From Ophelia neglecta (taxonomy: Eukaryota), in contig OZ260663.1 in assembly GCA_965285935.1 (NCBI GenBank), forward strand, positions 111,538,001 through 111,602,000: a stretch of DNA of 64,000 nucleotides, read 5' to 3'. Positions 44,777-58,899 of the stretch are shown piece by piece (position 1 is the first letter of the stretch; every line of letters begins with the position of its first letter). The translations under genes were made by a program, and so were the position numbers. A model generated the notes under the pieces. That model was given only the letters and a program-made list of their open reading frames with translations, made no database searches and was not told the origin of the DNA.

Positions 44777-44916
44777 NNNNNNNNNNNNNNNNNNNNNNNN
44801 NNNNNNNNNNNNNNNNNNNNNNNNNNNNNNNNNNNNNNNNNNNNNNNNNNNNNNNNNNNNNNNNNNNNNNNNNNNNNNNNNNNNNNNNNNNNNNNNNNNN
44901 NNNNNNNNNNNNNNNN
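44777..44916. other. Assembly gap (140 N)
   Basis: Run of N. Confidence 1.
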
Positions 44917-45949
44917 AGCGACGGGGTACTTTCCTGGTGTAAACCATGATGCTAGTATTAACTGAAGCCTGTTTGGAAGGAGGCCTTAATCTAGATGAGC
45001 TATAAGGTTTCTAGCGGAGTTAAAAATGGATAGCCTAGGCGCTCTACTGACTTGAAAAAATCCCTAATTTGAATTTATTCAACAACCGCTAGTCTAGACA
45101 AGTTCTCCGTGTCTTATTGACTAGCACGCACTGCTCCCCTCCTTCGGCCGTTTTCGGCCGTTTAGGTACACGGAACCAGAAAGAGGGAATGTCGGCAATC
45201 ATAGTAAAGTAAATATTTGATGAGCAGTGAATTGTCCTGATGCTCCCTGTGATGCTGTTATTAGTCCGATAGGGATTGTAAGAAGCCTTGCTTCCGTTAG
45301 AACTTATAATGGTCTGCTTTGTTGGTTATTTACCACATAAAGGGACCAAGTGATTGTATGGGTAGTTGAAAAATTCATGATTGTGTCTCCAGCTGACAAG
45401 ATCACGCTGAATAAATGCAGAAGGGATCAAATGGATTTGCATGATCGCTAATCGCTTTTTTTGTACCGGCGCGGTCGGTGTTCGCAGTTATTCCCGATTA
45501 AGTGGCATACCTGGCGCAGTGTCAAGCTGAAGGGAAAGAGGGATGGGGAGGGGGGCTTGCTCAGATGTGCGATAAAAATTGCATGAATCACAGTTTGGTT
45601 AAATTGCAGGCTACATAAACATTGTCTATTTGGACTCGCCAACGCTACAATACATCAATAGAGTACCCGAAACACAAGGCACACTGTAAAATCTAATACC
45701 AACATGCAGGTACAAGGCGCAGACCTGCTATTTAAAACGAAGCTACATGTATATGGGCTAGATTTGGGGTCAGATCTTTGGTCAAGGATTGGACTTTTCT
45801 GTTAGGTTGGGCGCATAACTCTACCCCTAACCCAAACACAACCATTGCTGTAATAATCACTATAAGCACTATGCTTCAGCTCCAATTGCCCTGGGACATT
45901 CTTTTATAGTTATTTTATGGCAACTTCTAACTCTTTTCACTGTTGTTAT

Positions 45950-46155
45950 AGGATGGAGCGGCATCCTGGTCATACTTTACCCTGCTTTAATAGCTGTGAT
46001 TATAAATTTGCCTGTGATACCTTGGTAATCTAATTGAATATTATATATCTTGTTATCTATATATTATGTTATCTGTATATATATATTTCGAGTGTATGTA
46101 TGTCGCTGTATTTTCACCAGGACAATAAAATACTTACTTACTTAATACTTGCTTA
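45950..46155 (+). mobile_element. LINE 3' UTR remnant with (TACT)n tail
   Basis: AATAAAATACTTACTTACTTA at ~46124-46145 after a TA-rich UTR-like stretch. Confidence 0.4.
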
Positions 46156-46649
46156 AAAACCATAACCTATTGATTAAAAGTTATATACCAGGATTCAGCG
46201 AGGCGCGATAGTATGAGAGCAGTTGATAAACAAGAGCTTCCCAGCACGTAGACGTAACAGTAGCTTATCCACTAGGAAAATGTGTAACCTAAAAACATAC
46301 CTGAAGTATGCAAAATGGTAGACCCAAATCCTAAACGTCAGCGCCAATTTTCATAGAGACAGACGGTAGCTTTCATTTCGCCGACAGGCCCGACCTGTTG
46401 ATATCGACCACATCGTCCCGAACAGTGATCTATTTCAAAGGCACCCCATTCACCTCTCCCTAACAAAACCAGGATTCCATGTATGATCCCATCCTCTATA
46501 TTTCCAGCCTAAACACCCAGCGCTCTACCGCATCTGCTTTACCAGTTGTATTATTATACAATTTTCGAATTTAGGCATAATTTAGTAAATGATTTTCAAC
46601 TCGCTGAACTATGGATAAATAGAATGTAATAGCAGAAACCCTTACACAC

Positions 46650-47080
46650 AGAAATAACATAACCACTGATACAGTGGAAGATAAACAATTAAAAAAACAG
46701 GTCATCACATATAATATATTAAATCAAGCCGATGTATTTTGAAGAGACGATACCACATTGATCATCTATGCTTTAAAGCGACACCGTCCACAGCTGTCCC
46801 ACCCTGTTACTAAACCTTGTGTGAGACAAATAAAGCTAGTTCAGAGTTAAGCAGTTAAATACTAGAAATAAAGTAAACACTGATACAGTGGGAGAAAAAC
46901 ATTTTTAAAAAACAGGCCATCACATATAATAACTTAAATCAAGCCGATGTATTTTGAAGAGACACACGGCACATTGGTCATCTATGCTTTAAAGCGACAC
47001 CGTGCACGGCCGTCCCACCTTGTTTATGATTCCTAAACCTTGCGTGAGACAAATGAATCTAGTTCAGAGTTCAGCGGTTT
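46650..47080. repeat. Tandem duplication, period ~214 bp
   Basis: CACTGATACAGTGG...TTAAATCAAGCCGATGTATTTTGAAGAGAC...CATCTATGCTTTAAAGCGACACCGT...CTAGTTCAGAGTT begins at 46664 and 46878. Confidence 0.92.
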
Positions 47081-50000
47081 ATTGAGAGACTGAAGAAGAC
47101 ATCATCGGACCCGTTAACTTTAAAACTGAGATGGATAAACTACATTTCCTTTGACTTTATTATCAATGCATGCATCATCGTGAAAAGCTTTATAATAGTT
47201 TAATTTAATTGGCTGCTAAGCTGTCCAATGGGAAATAATATTGTGTGAGAGAGCGTTCACAAGCGCGATCGACTTGTGCCGTAGCATATATGCGCATGCG
47301 TTTATAAACACAATAATACAGTTTTCAGACACTCAAATACTTTCCTATGACAGAAGCAACATCCCATTTTATGCAAAAATGTCCTGACTCAATGAAATAT
47401 ACCCTTTGATCATAAATTATCAATTCGTCCGTTTGACCTTCCCCTTATTGTAATAAAAGGAAAAAAACAGTCGTTTGTTTACAACATGAATAGCAGCACT
47501 ATACTAGAGACTGATCAACCCCGAAATCCATTGGTTGGCTTTCAGGTTTCTCGTCACCAAATATATCCCATCTGATAGTTTAGGATTAATCTTATCCCTC
47601 TGACCGTTATAATTCATCCAAATTTTATCCTTGAACATTGTAGTGCCACCTACTGGTGGACTTGGAATACAGACCAATAGACTTGGCTGTTGGTACTAAC
47701 GCCAAGTGTAGAGGAGTAGCTAAGGTAACACCGACATTTTCTCAGCCATTCCTATGTACGCCAATGACTGCGGTTATTTGTAAGTTGACGCCCCGGGGCA
47801 CAGAAGCTCAGTCAGAGCAGCCGAATGGGCGGCAGCCTGAAAGATTGCCAGCTGCCAAACGCCAAGTTGACATGCAACCACATAATGGGAAAAATGTTCT
47901 TATTAAGTCAGCAATGTCTAAGGCCGACGCGTCGCGCCGCCATTCGAGGTATTAAAGAATTCATCTTCAATTGATGGTGATTGCTATTATATTCTAAATC
48001 ACTGGGTTAAATGTAACTTAATGTATACTAATTAAACCTTATGTATAATTAACAACTGGCTACAGAATGTTTAAGCCTTAGTGTCTTAAATAATGCACTT
48101 TCTACCAAAAATTAGGGGCGTTTTTTAAATAAGCTTGATGCTTCAAATTTCAAAATCCATGGATTATGTTGAGAACGTTTTGTGGAATATATATGTGCAT
48201 ATTTGGGATTAAAATTTGGGTCAACTCGTATTATAGATTTTGTTGCCATTTAGTTTACAAACAGTTTATGATGGCTATTCGTATCAATACTAAATATTTT
48301 TATTATTGATCATGGCACTTGATACTAGATATAAAACACAAAAATCTTGGTCACCGGGCTTATGTTTTTGTTATGACAAAATGTTGGCCCACTGACTGAG
48401 AACAAATGGCAGTATTAAAGAGCCAATATAGTTATATCTTCAACAAAGTTAAGTGTACTTTTCTTCTAATGAGCCGGGCCTCAAATACCATTGTGAATAA
48501 TAACAAGAAATTGCTAGCTACCCCTATCGAAAAAAAACACCCTTGGCGTAGGGAATAGAGGTATTTTCCGACCCTCAGGATCCGCCTTTTTAATCGACAG
48601 TGATCCGGGAATTGAGTCATTAATTTTGAGTGACTAGATCGGGATTCTACATATATCCGTCCTACGGGATCAAGGACTTTCATTTAGGGCTACTGTGTCC
48701 TTTCTGTTTTAATGTCCCGAAGATCGGGTTTCAATGTTCAGTTTATTTGAAGAGGCCTATGCTAAATATCTTGATCCCTATGATGAGAAACATTATTTTA
48801 ATATATGTGATTCGAAACGAGTCTCCAGTCTCTAACGGTAAACCTGAAAAGGGGACTCCCTCAGCCATCCCACTCCCTCCCCTCTCGTCCCGGGACCCAT
48901 ACGGCAGAGGACAAAACTTTGACGAATTTGTGTAAAGCCATGTACGGGTTTGCATAAAATAAATATTAAAACTAATTAATTAGGAGATTCGCCTAAATTT
49001 TGATCAAACGTGTAAAATCTATAATTTATAAAAAGTATTACCCAAAAAGGGGCCACCATAACCCATGCATTATGAAACATAAATTATGTAGCCTAAGTTT
49101 GAAAAAAAATGCATTCCTAGACGTCTTCAAAAAAGAAATCTTATCGAAGCCATATTACAGGCACCTTCCTTTCAAGCAAGTAATTGTAATTATGCTATGA
49201 AAAATCAAGAGGGCTGTCGTTTACAAAGCCAAACCACCGCTCCCACCCCCTCCCCACCAACCACTACCACCTTGATCCCTATATCAGGATCTAAGGTTGA
49301 TCGATTATTGAAATTCATATTATCTACTATCTTATAAGGTTGAAATTTTGCAGTAGATATGATTTCAAATATATCAAACACTTTTCCCATTGTCACTTTC
49401 AAGACATGTTTTATCGTCTTAATCAGTGGCCTTCTAGGCCCCCTCTCTTAGTTGTTTTTTTATTGCCTTGTCCTAAAATATATTGTTCTGTTGACTGTCT
49501 TTCTATTTGTTTTTGCATATCTGCAAGTTTCATTTATCACTTTATGAACACTATCCTCGGGTAAAAATTACCGAAGTGTCAGGGCGACACATATATGATC
49601 TGATTATTTTTTCTGTGAACCTTCAGAAAGGTAGTAAATAACTCCTCTGTGTGGAGCCTTGTTATATACACAGCAGTGGACGACGACCGCCTTCCGTGTC
49701 AGGCAGTAACTGGCCTACCCTATAATCACGAGGTTTAATGGTGATATTCCTCCAGTGGTTGTCATAAAGTGGCTCCCCGGTGCTTTATAAACGGATGGAG
49801 TTTCTAGTAAGCCTAGAATATGAATAGGGGAATAAAAGCACTCGAGCAAAATGGAAGAAGCATGACTCAGTGAAAGCAATGAGGCCTAGCCGGAGATAAT
49901 AGATACAATTAACCAACAGGCACATCTATCACCTTGAAGCCTGATTGCAATTAAACAAACAGTGGATAGCAAGAGGTTTGTAGGGTGACTTTTAACTATG

Positions 50001-51869
50001 GCCTTTTCTCCACCAGTTTATGTGTCTGAAGCAAAACAAAATCAGGGATGGTTACTATATAGAAGGGCTTTCCAAATATGTAATTTTTGTGTTTGCCCTA
50101 AGCCTATATGAATTCCTGTGGGCATGCAACTCCTGCAGAATCACGATTTTAAAGGCTTCTTATACTGTGAAACTGCCGTATATAGTGCTTTGTTTAGAGG
50201 CTGAACCAGGCTTAGTGAAGTTATCTCCAATGATCAAAGTTCACTGGCAAGCTAGAAGAGTGATTTCTTAGTAAAATTTCACAACAAAGGTAAATATGCA
50301 TTATCCCTCTATATCATTTTCCAATGTGACTTATTAGATCGGTGAATAAGTTGTTAAAGGTAGTGTCGCTAACAAAGCTATGGGTTTAACATGGTTATGC
50401 GATATAGGTTTTTAAGTTGACTAGCAGCTTTAGCCAGCGGCGAATTAGATGACAGTAATTTATGCTAATTAGGTGTTTAATATGTTCCCGTATGCTGTGA
50501 CTCTCAATGTGATTACACAGTGTCATGGCTAATGGGATGAGAATCCTACTACGTTTTATTTGCTCATTTTAAACCCAAGACACATTCGATATTAACTATT
50601 ATAATTCATGAGTAAACTAACGTTTTCAGCCAGCAGCGAAGTAACTGTTAGACGGCGCTGCCTGGTGCTAAACAGATGCCATGTTGGATTAATGTTCTTT
50701 TAGTTTTAGTCAGAAAACTCTTCCCAACGATAAACCTGGTACCTGCCTTTACAATGCATTTAGTTGCTCCAACCCCCGGCAAATGATGGCTACGTTAGAA
50801 GGATAATAACTGGCAAACAATGTTTCTTGTTCAATGACATGCTGCTTACTTGGAGCTAATAGAACCAAGCAAGCGAGATATGTCTCCCAGAAACCATTTA
50901 CTCAATTCTGTTTCATTTCAGATAACAAACCTCATTGGACTGGTGGCAGTTGTTTTAACACTTCCATTTTCACCCTTTATATCGTATTCTAGCAGATTAG
51001 CCATTCCTCTAGTCGGAACTAATGGTCTTAGAAATTGATTCAACCACTCCGGATGATATGGCAGCTATTTTTTCCGTTTTCAGTAATTTCTTAGCCTAGT
51101 GATCGCTGAACGAGTATTTTTGGTACGAAAGCTATTTTTTATTAACTTCAGAACGTTCATACCCGAGAGTGCTTTGATGTAAGGAAAATTGCCTCTGAAA
51201 CTTGTACAAACAAGCGTAATTATTTGCAAGACGAATCTTTCGTGTGAGCATTCTTGAAATAAGTCTCAGGAGTATAGGCCCCATAAAGTGCAGGAGCAAG
51301 TTTGACCTTTTCAGCAAGCTCGTCCTGAGGCTGTGGACATTAGCTACTGTAACCAACTAACGCATAATTAACACGTTTATGTTGCCACTTTCTTACACAG
51401 TGTTATTGTTGACACCTAAGCAATGATCTAAAGGGGTTGTTCGCTACCATATTTGGGGACTAAACATCATGGTGATTTTTACAACCCCTGAGGAAGAGAA
51501 ATGTGCCAGCATTACTGACGCGGGATTTTTATGACAGGTGTGTGCTCCTCAAATAATGCCTTTACGAGACGCTTTGTTGTTGCAATAAGTTGATTTAATC
51601 TGCTTGGAACATATGAACCAGGCTCCTTGTCCGTGTATAACCACAATCAGAAATTGAAAATATCATTTTATTTATATGGTTTTTATTTTTATTCTATAAA
51701 TAGTGCGCCATATGGTTCAGATTATCACAGAGCAGTGTTCTAGGATCAAGTTGAGCCCGTTAACCTACATCTTGGTCGGATTTATTTAATAACACCAAAT
51801 TGAGCTATAACCTACAGTACATACACTGTTTGTAAGAAAGTCAAGAACCCTTTTTGCCCTATGGTAGCC

Positions 51870-52260
51870 ACTAGATAAGATTCAGATAAATAATATTTTA
51901 TTTGACCAAATAATGACAGATACATTTATTTCATTTTTACCTTTTTAGATCTAACTCACATTGTTGGGAATCCACCGAGGTAGTACGAGAAAACCCCAGT
52001 AACGGAGACCAGAACGCGCCACAACCAATATGTAATTCTCCGGGAACCCCCCCCCCCCCCAGCCAGAGTCTATGAGGCTTGTTCACTCTACTGAATGTGA
52101 TAAATTTAGACTAAGTCCAAAGCATATAAATGCTTTTAGTAATGGGAGGCTATATGACAGTTTTTAAGCTTTACGAATAATTCTTGACTTAAACTGAAGC
52201 TTGGTGATCATTATGTCGGTGTAAATGCACTAGGCTCGTATCGAGAACAGTTTTACCTTC
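51870..52260 (-). mobile_element. Decayed LINE 3' end related to 13880-14577
   Basis: The minus strand reads ...CATATTGGTTGTGG...CTCGGTGGATTCCC...TTTGGTCAAATAAAAT..TCTGAATC, matching 14400-14577. Confidence 0.55.
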
Positions 52261-52699
52261 AAATATTATAAAATTGATAAATTTGGAATCCAAGACGGGT
52301 CTATAGGATGGCCTTTGCGCCCAGAGGAGAGAGGTGGGAGGATTTGGTCTGTTTTTGCCTCATATGGTCCAAAGGCTCCGTCTTTTGCCGCTACTGGCCA
52401 AGGCCTCCATAACGAAAATTATTTTATTTATGTTAATTTGATGCATCTGCTGCTGAAAGTTTTTTTGAAAGTATCCTTTTTATTTTGTATAATAGTGTAC
52501 AAGAGGCGATCAACCGCATGTTGAGCAGCCGTGAAGATAAAGGAGGCCATGGTATGTTCGCCGAGGGCTTGTGATGGCCGTATTATTCTGTTAGATATCA
52601 TTCATTTAAAAAAAACCCATACAAATACTGACTGCCTAAACTGCAGACATTTCTGTGGAATTAATAACAATATTCTTCATTGGGATTTATATTTATGAT

Positions 52700-52895
52700 T
52701 GATGTGGCTATGTATGTGGGCCTTAGGCTGGTGTTTCCTATGATTGGATTGGTGTATGTTGGCCTGTGGCTGGTGATTCCTGAGCCGAGGACTGATATAT
52801 GTGGGCTTTGGCTTGTGTTTCCTGATTTGCCTGTGGCTCCTGGTTCCTGAGCTGAGGTTTGGTGTATGTGGGCCTGTGGCTGGTGATTCTGGCCC
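52700..52895. repeat. 42-43-bp minisatellite
   Basis: TATGTGGGCCTGTGGCTGGTGATTCCTGAGC-like units at 52713, 52755, 52798 and 52865. Confidence 0.8.
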
Positions 52896-55800
52896 TAGTG
52901 TTTGGTGCATGCTGCGGGCACCGTGGCATTACAATAAGTCCAAAAGCGAGCCCGCTATAGTCATAACTAATAAACCATACCAAGCTGAGAGCCATTGAAC
53001 TACATGGAGGTCAGCCGTCAAATATAGATCAAGGAGATTAAGTTCATTTACCTTAAATCTTCCCTCGATGCCGTGTACTAGGGCCATGGCAATAGATTCT
53101 GGTCGGAAGTCTTGGAATACACAAGTGATCCGATAAACCGCACTTCCCCCATCTCCAGTGATTTAACTGCTAATATGCCTCGACCAATCAGGCTATTGCT
53201 TGGTAAACTCTTGAAGCCGAGCTCACCAATATAGTTCGGTCTTAGCGATCTAGGTTTAGTGGCATTTCGCTATAGGCTACGTGTTGATTCATGTTGACAC
53301 CCTGAAGATAAGGTGTTTGTGGCTTAATCCTTGCGTGGGATTTACTCGTGGGTTGGAGTCCTGTATAGTTTGACCTCAGCTGGGCTAATCTAATACAATG
53401 GGGCCGATAAGAGCTATATTGCTACACCAAAACCATAAACAGCAAAGTAGCTGTCGTATTCTTAACCAGTTTTCGATTTCAAAAATGGGATGTCCAGGCG
53501 ACATCACTTAGACACATAGACAAATACAAGCGGACGGTCTTCCACTCATTTCTTCAACGCACGATTTCGCAGAAGATGTGTAGTGAAACGAATCTTTCAT
53601 GCGAGAATATTTTGCTACCTTTTTAGTATTTTTTGTGTGCATTGCAGCACATTCTCGTTCAAGGATCTTAGTCACGAACAATTATGGATTAAATATACAT
53701 AAGGTTAACGAATAGACATGGTAAACATTGCTGTTAACAGAAACGTGCTATAAATCGATGAACACATCGATTAATTCAAGACTGTTGGACCTTAGAAGCA
53801 TTTAATATCATGTTAAGAGGCTGAGTTATTACTTTATTTCCACTGAGATTACTGTAATCCATATGATGTTGTATTACCCGATCCCTCAGATATGTGTGAG
53901 ATCAACTCCTGTGAGCAGCCGCTTGCCACTGACGTACGGCCATTAAGCCGGAGTATTGTCGGGAAAGCCTTGTCCATAATGTGCCTCGACAGAACTATGA
54001 CTTTCCTATGACGCACTTGGTGACTTCCTGTGGTGTATTTATAAACAGAGCAGAGTATATAGCTTGGCATATAGAAGATAACGGAACGACTGACAGTAAG
54101 GCACAGCAGGGGCATTGATTACCGTGTCAACAAGAGGTTGAAATCATCATTTGCCGATGTCAATTGCTAAGGTTTAACCCCGTCACCAAAACATGAATTG
54201 AACGTACTCAATATAAGCCATTTTTGGAATCAATCTGTGTGTATCTTAAATGAAGTGAAATCAATTCTTCTAACTTGTAACATGTGAGTAAACGCATTAC
54301 TAATCTTGAAATCGATTAATATTCTTTGTTTTCTTTACGTCTGGTTTTGTGAGCGGGATTTCATTGCTTATTGTAAATTCAGTCTGCCTTCTGGTAATCC
54401 TATTGCAGAAGCTCGCATATCGCTTTTATTTTATCAGTACTGAGATATTATATGACGTAAGCCCCCTAATTTTTCCATCTTTTCATGTCTTCGCTAGACC
54501 GATTCCTAAACCGTTTTATCTAATAATCATTAGTTAAGAATCGCCGGTCCGAAATTACCAGGAACCAGCATCCACTCACCAAAAAATATGCGCAGAGGCT
54601 TCGGCGCCATTTGGCAAAATACCAGTCAACTACTTTTTCAGATGGGATGGATTCCTGATAACCCTGCTGTTATGACTATTCCAGCAGCCTTTGTGAGAAC
54701 GCGGATTTCACAGCATATAGCTGTAATCAATCACCGATCCATCCCTTTGACTTTCCAACGTCTATCTGATGAAAGCATGCGTCTTGCCATATATTTTTTT
54801 TCTGATTATTTTCTAGGTTTGAATTGTGCAAAATTAATATCCCGGGCAGTATGAGTGCACGGTCGGTCCATCTCACTTGCTTTCAAGAGCTCCGTTATGC
54901 CTATTTGACTTTTCAATGCTACACTACCTCCGATCTCTCCGAGGCACCGTATATAAACGGCTGTACTTATCCATAATTAACAGTTGTATAACCCAATGTC
55001 GGAGTTTTCAACATATAATGCTCTGTACCATTCCGAAACCAGCGTGAAATAATTACATTTTTCTGATAGCTTAAATAGGTGGATATCATCGCGGATAATA
55101 TATCTAATAACCTTCATACGCTGGCAATCACTATGCTATGCATAGCACTGTTCGGCATTCCTACAGCTCTAAAGCCAATTTTGCCTACATCATTCATCAT
55201 TCAGTTTTATTAAGTATATAGTATGTACTAGTACAAAACATAATCGCATTGAATAAAAGGTAAAAGGACTATTGTATGTTTTACAGTTATCAAAATCTAC
55301 CCTGGCAAACCAAGCAAATAAGCGCTATCGATCCAACTTATTGTTTGATGTGTGCAACAAGAAGTGCAGAATATTTCTTTCAGCCTGCTTTTCTGTCAAT
55401 TTTGTCGCGTACGACTTAGGCGATGCCGGCTGCCAATATTTTTACATGGTGTATTTTGCCGTAGTCTGCCTGTAATATGGCAAACACGTTGATTACGAAG
55501 ACTGGCTATTGCCAGCCTCCTAAAGGGTATTTTGTACACTGCTTCAACGGTCGATAAAAACAAGGCCGCCATTTAGTGTTCAGGCCACCAAGGATTTACG
55601 CTGCGTAATGTTTCCTTAATTTTGCTCATTCCTCAACTATCGATTGGTGGTATCGTCGAACCCACATGGCACATTTATGTTGCGAAAATTAAGTAAGTTA
55701 AAACTTGCTTCATTACATTCTTTAGTTGGTTATTGAATAACTCATGTGCCGTCTTCCCTATCGAATGAAATTTCATTATTGCAAGGACCACACAGCAGAG

Positions 55801-56559
55801 AGATTAAAAGAAAGCCTGTCTATTCCCTACACTTTAATATTAGTTAAATTCTCACTTCCTGCCTATTCTCTGTCCCACCATAATTGCGCTTTTCATTTCA
55901 TTGCTAAAACACTTTTAAAACTAACAGCTTCGGTTTGTATTAATAATTGCTTTAGAGTGCAATGGCCGTATCTTCGAATATATTCTGTCTGCTTATTGAT
56001 ATATACTACTCATTTCATCTTTAAATTGAGTTTACCACCTTTTACTGGCAGGTCAAGATGCCCTTTCTTCGCAATCGGTGTCAGTCAGTTAAATGGGTAA
56101 CCATTGAAAAAAAATGATCGCAGCATTCACCTGCGATTGTTTTATTGATGGAGTACCGTTAGTAATACACCAGCGGTCACCCGGGTAATGATAACTTCCG
56201 TTCGCCAGTAGTGCAAAACAAAGCAGACAGCCAACCCGGCGGGGACTGTAGATATTAATAACTCCACCTTTTTCAAGAAGTTTGTCTGGGCAATCTATTT
56301 CCTGCATGGAGACTCTGGTATTCCCATTTTGAGACAGTCTAATGACACGTTTGGGTACTTTGTGCTTTTGGATTTATGGCCTTCTAAATGTAATTAACAC
56401 TACAGGCAGTCAGCGGTTTGAATTGACTTTGGTCTTTAAATCCTACTTCTTAAATGGGGGTGGGGTGGGGGTAGGGGGAGGGCGGTGTACGCGGCCAGCA
56501 ATACCAAATTTATTAGTCTGGAGTTATGAACTCTGTCCGAATTTATCAGGTACCATAGC

Positions 56560-57600
56560 CATGCGACAGCATCGTATGATCTTAAGCATGCACCTTAAGC
56601 TTTGGTTTTCATGGGCATGTAGACAGTTAAAGCTTGGTTTCCGGAGGCATGCAGACAGCTGCCATTTTGATGGTAGGTAGCATGTATGCATCTTAAAGTC
56701 TGGGTCCGGTGCCACAGAGTCAAAGATTTGATGTTCGGTGGCATACAGAAAGCTAAAGGTTTTAGGGATTTGTGGCATGCAGAAAATGTTTAATGTTCAG
56801 TAGCATGTAGACAGCTAAAGATTCGTGTCAGGAGGCATGCAGTCAGGAAACTGTTTGGTGTTCTGTGGCACGTAGGCAGTAAAAGGTTTGGTGTTCGATG
56901 GCATGCAGACAGCTTCAAGCTTGGTGTTGTGCGTCATAATGATATTAAAGGTTTATAGTCCGGGGCGTGTACATAGCTAAAGGGATTGGTGTCCGGTTAA
57001 AGGTTTGGTGTCCAATGGCATGCCGACAGCAGAAGGTTTGGTGTCCGATGGCATGCAGAAAGGTCAATGTTTTATGTAGGGCGGTGATATACAGACAGTG
57101 GAATTTTTCATGTGTAATGGCATGCAGACAGTGGTAGTTTGCTGTTCTATCCCATACATACAGCAAAAGGTTTGGTGTCCGGAGATATGCAGACAGTTAC
57201 AATATTTTCGATAGCTAATATCTAAAGGTTTGATGTCTGGTGGCACACAGAAGGAAAATGTTTGATGTTCTGTGCCATGTAGACAATTATAGATTTGCTG
57301 TTCGGTAGTATGCTGACAGATAAATGTTTGGTATTCGGTGGCTTGCAGACAGCTTAAGGTTTGTTGTTCGGTGGCAAGCAGACAACGAAAGGTTTGGTGT
57401 TAGGTGGCAAGCAGACAGCTAAAGGTTTGGTGTTAGGTGGCATACAGACAGTTAAAGATAAAGTGTTTTCAGTGGCATGCTGGCAGTGAAAGGTGTACTG
57501 TTCGGTGGCATGTACACAGACAGAGGTTTGGTTTTGGCTGTCAATAAGACAGATAAGGGTTTGGTGTTTGTTCGGTGAAATGCTCACAGCTATTGTATTG
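56560..57600. repeat. 33-bp minisatellite, ~30 degenerate units
   Basis: Consensus GGCATGCAGACAGCTAAAGGTTTGGTGTTCGGT; the period is exact at 57340, 57373, 57406 and 57439. Confidence 0.92.
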
Positions 57601-58899
57601 GTGTACCATAATGGGGTGTGTGTGGGGGGGGGGGGTTGTGGGGGGGGGGGGGAGTTGTAGGCGGCCATACGACTGCCTCCTATATCAGTCACTGGGGTAA
57701 ATTATCTATGAATGTCTGAATTTGGCAAAACAATCTCTTTTAATAACTGTAACAACAACACAATAGTTTAACGGGTACATTGTGAATGCCAGCATTGTTA
57801 TTCCGCATGGATTAATTGACTAAACATTGATGACCGATTTAAGTTTCACAAAGAAAATGGATACAGACCAAAAAGTCACATGTACAGAATGGAAAAAGCA
57901 ATCTGACGGAACCGGACGTGTTTATAATAAAACTATCATTTGTATGAAACATTCATGACGAGCACTTAGATGAACTCAATGGAAATGTAACCTTCCACAA
58001 CAGTAGATAATCTAAAACTGCTTCAGGGACAACTTTAAGTCATGATACAACCCCTTAATTCCCTTTAAAAAGTATGACTAGAACAATTGTGCACGCTGGG
58101 TATCGACGCTCCATTCAGTCACCAATTGGTTGTTGTAGCTTGAATTATTGTGAGTAGGCCTCCAATATATATTGTTTCTTAACATATTTTTGAAAGTTTC
58201 ATATCTGGACGAAATCATCTGTAGGTCCGCCAGACAGTGTACACAATTAATTATAATGAGCATTGACCGTTTCGCTGCTGAGAAGCCTTAACCATAGTAC
58301 AATAATCCCACTGGTCACTCATCGTAGGTCTCTTCCAAGTCTTATTTCCAGCTGACTCATGGCAGGATTAAAGTCGATATCCCAGGAAGTAAGGTGTTTC
58401 CATTTGCTTTCCAGAGGGTTATAGACGGGAGAGAAAGACGCAAGGAATGGCTGATTAAGTTTGATTGTTTCAGGAAAACCGTGTTTGCCGTTTAGCCTGA
58501 ATGTAGCCCAGTCGCGGTTTACCCAACAGTCAACTATTTCAAAGGATGAACGCTTAGGTATTCTATTACATGGCGGGAAACACGGCGAAGGCATAACTCT
58601 GATTGCACGGTCCGTCGTGACTTATAGCGACATTCCGTTAGTGTGAGGCGTTGATAAAGCACTATGATTGTGGTGTGCGTTGTTATTAACAGCCTCATTC
58701 GTTAGTGTTGGTCCGAGTCCTTGATTTATGATAAATGCGTGATGCCTTACAGTGACATTTCGCTAGCCTGGGTCCAAGATATTTGATAAATGCGTGGTGA
58801 CTAACTTTTTATTACATTGGGATCTACTCTTAATCTAGAAATATTAATGAAACGTTTGATAAATTCGGCATTTTCCGACGTCCCTGCTTAGCCCTATAA

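Noticed and set aside
47598-47618. miR-2001-like TGACCGTTATAAT
   Set aside because: Seed and 3' end mismatch; no hairpin.
54760-54800. Hammerhead ribozyme core CTGATGA
   Set aside because: No stem II or GAAA element follows; the same applies to the other CTGATGA hits.
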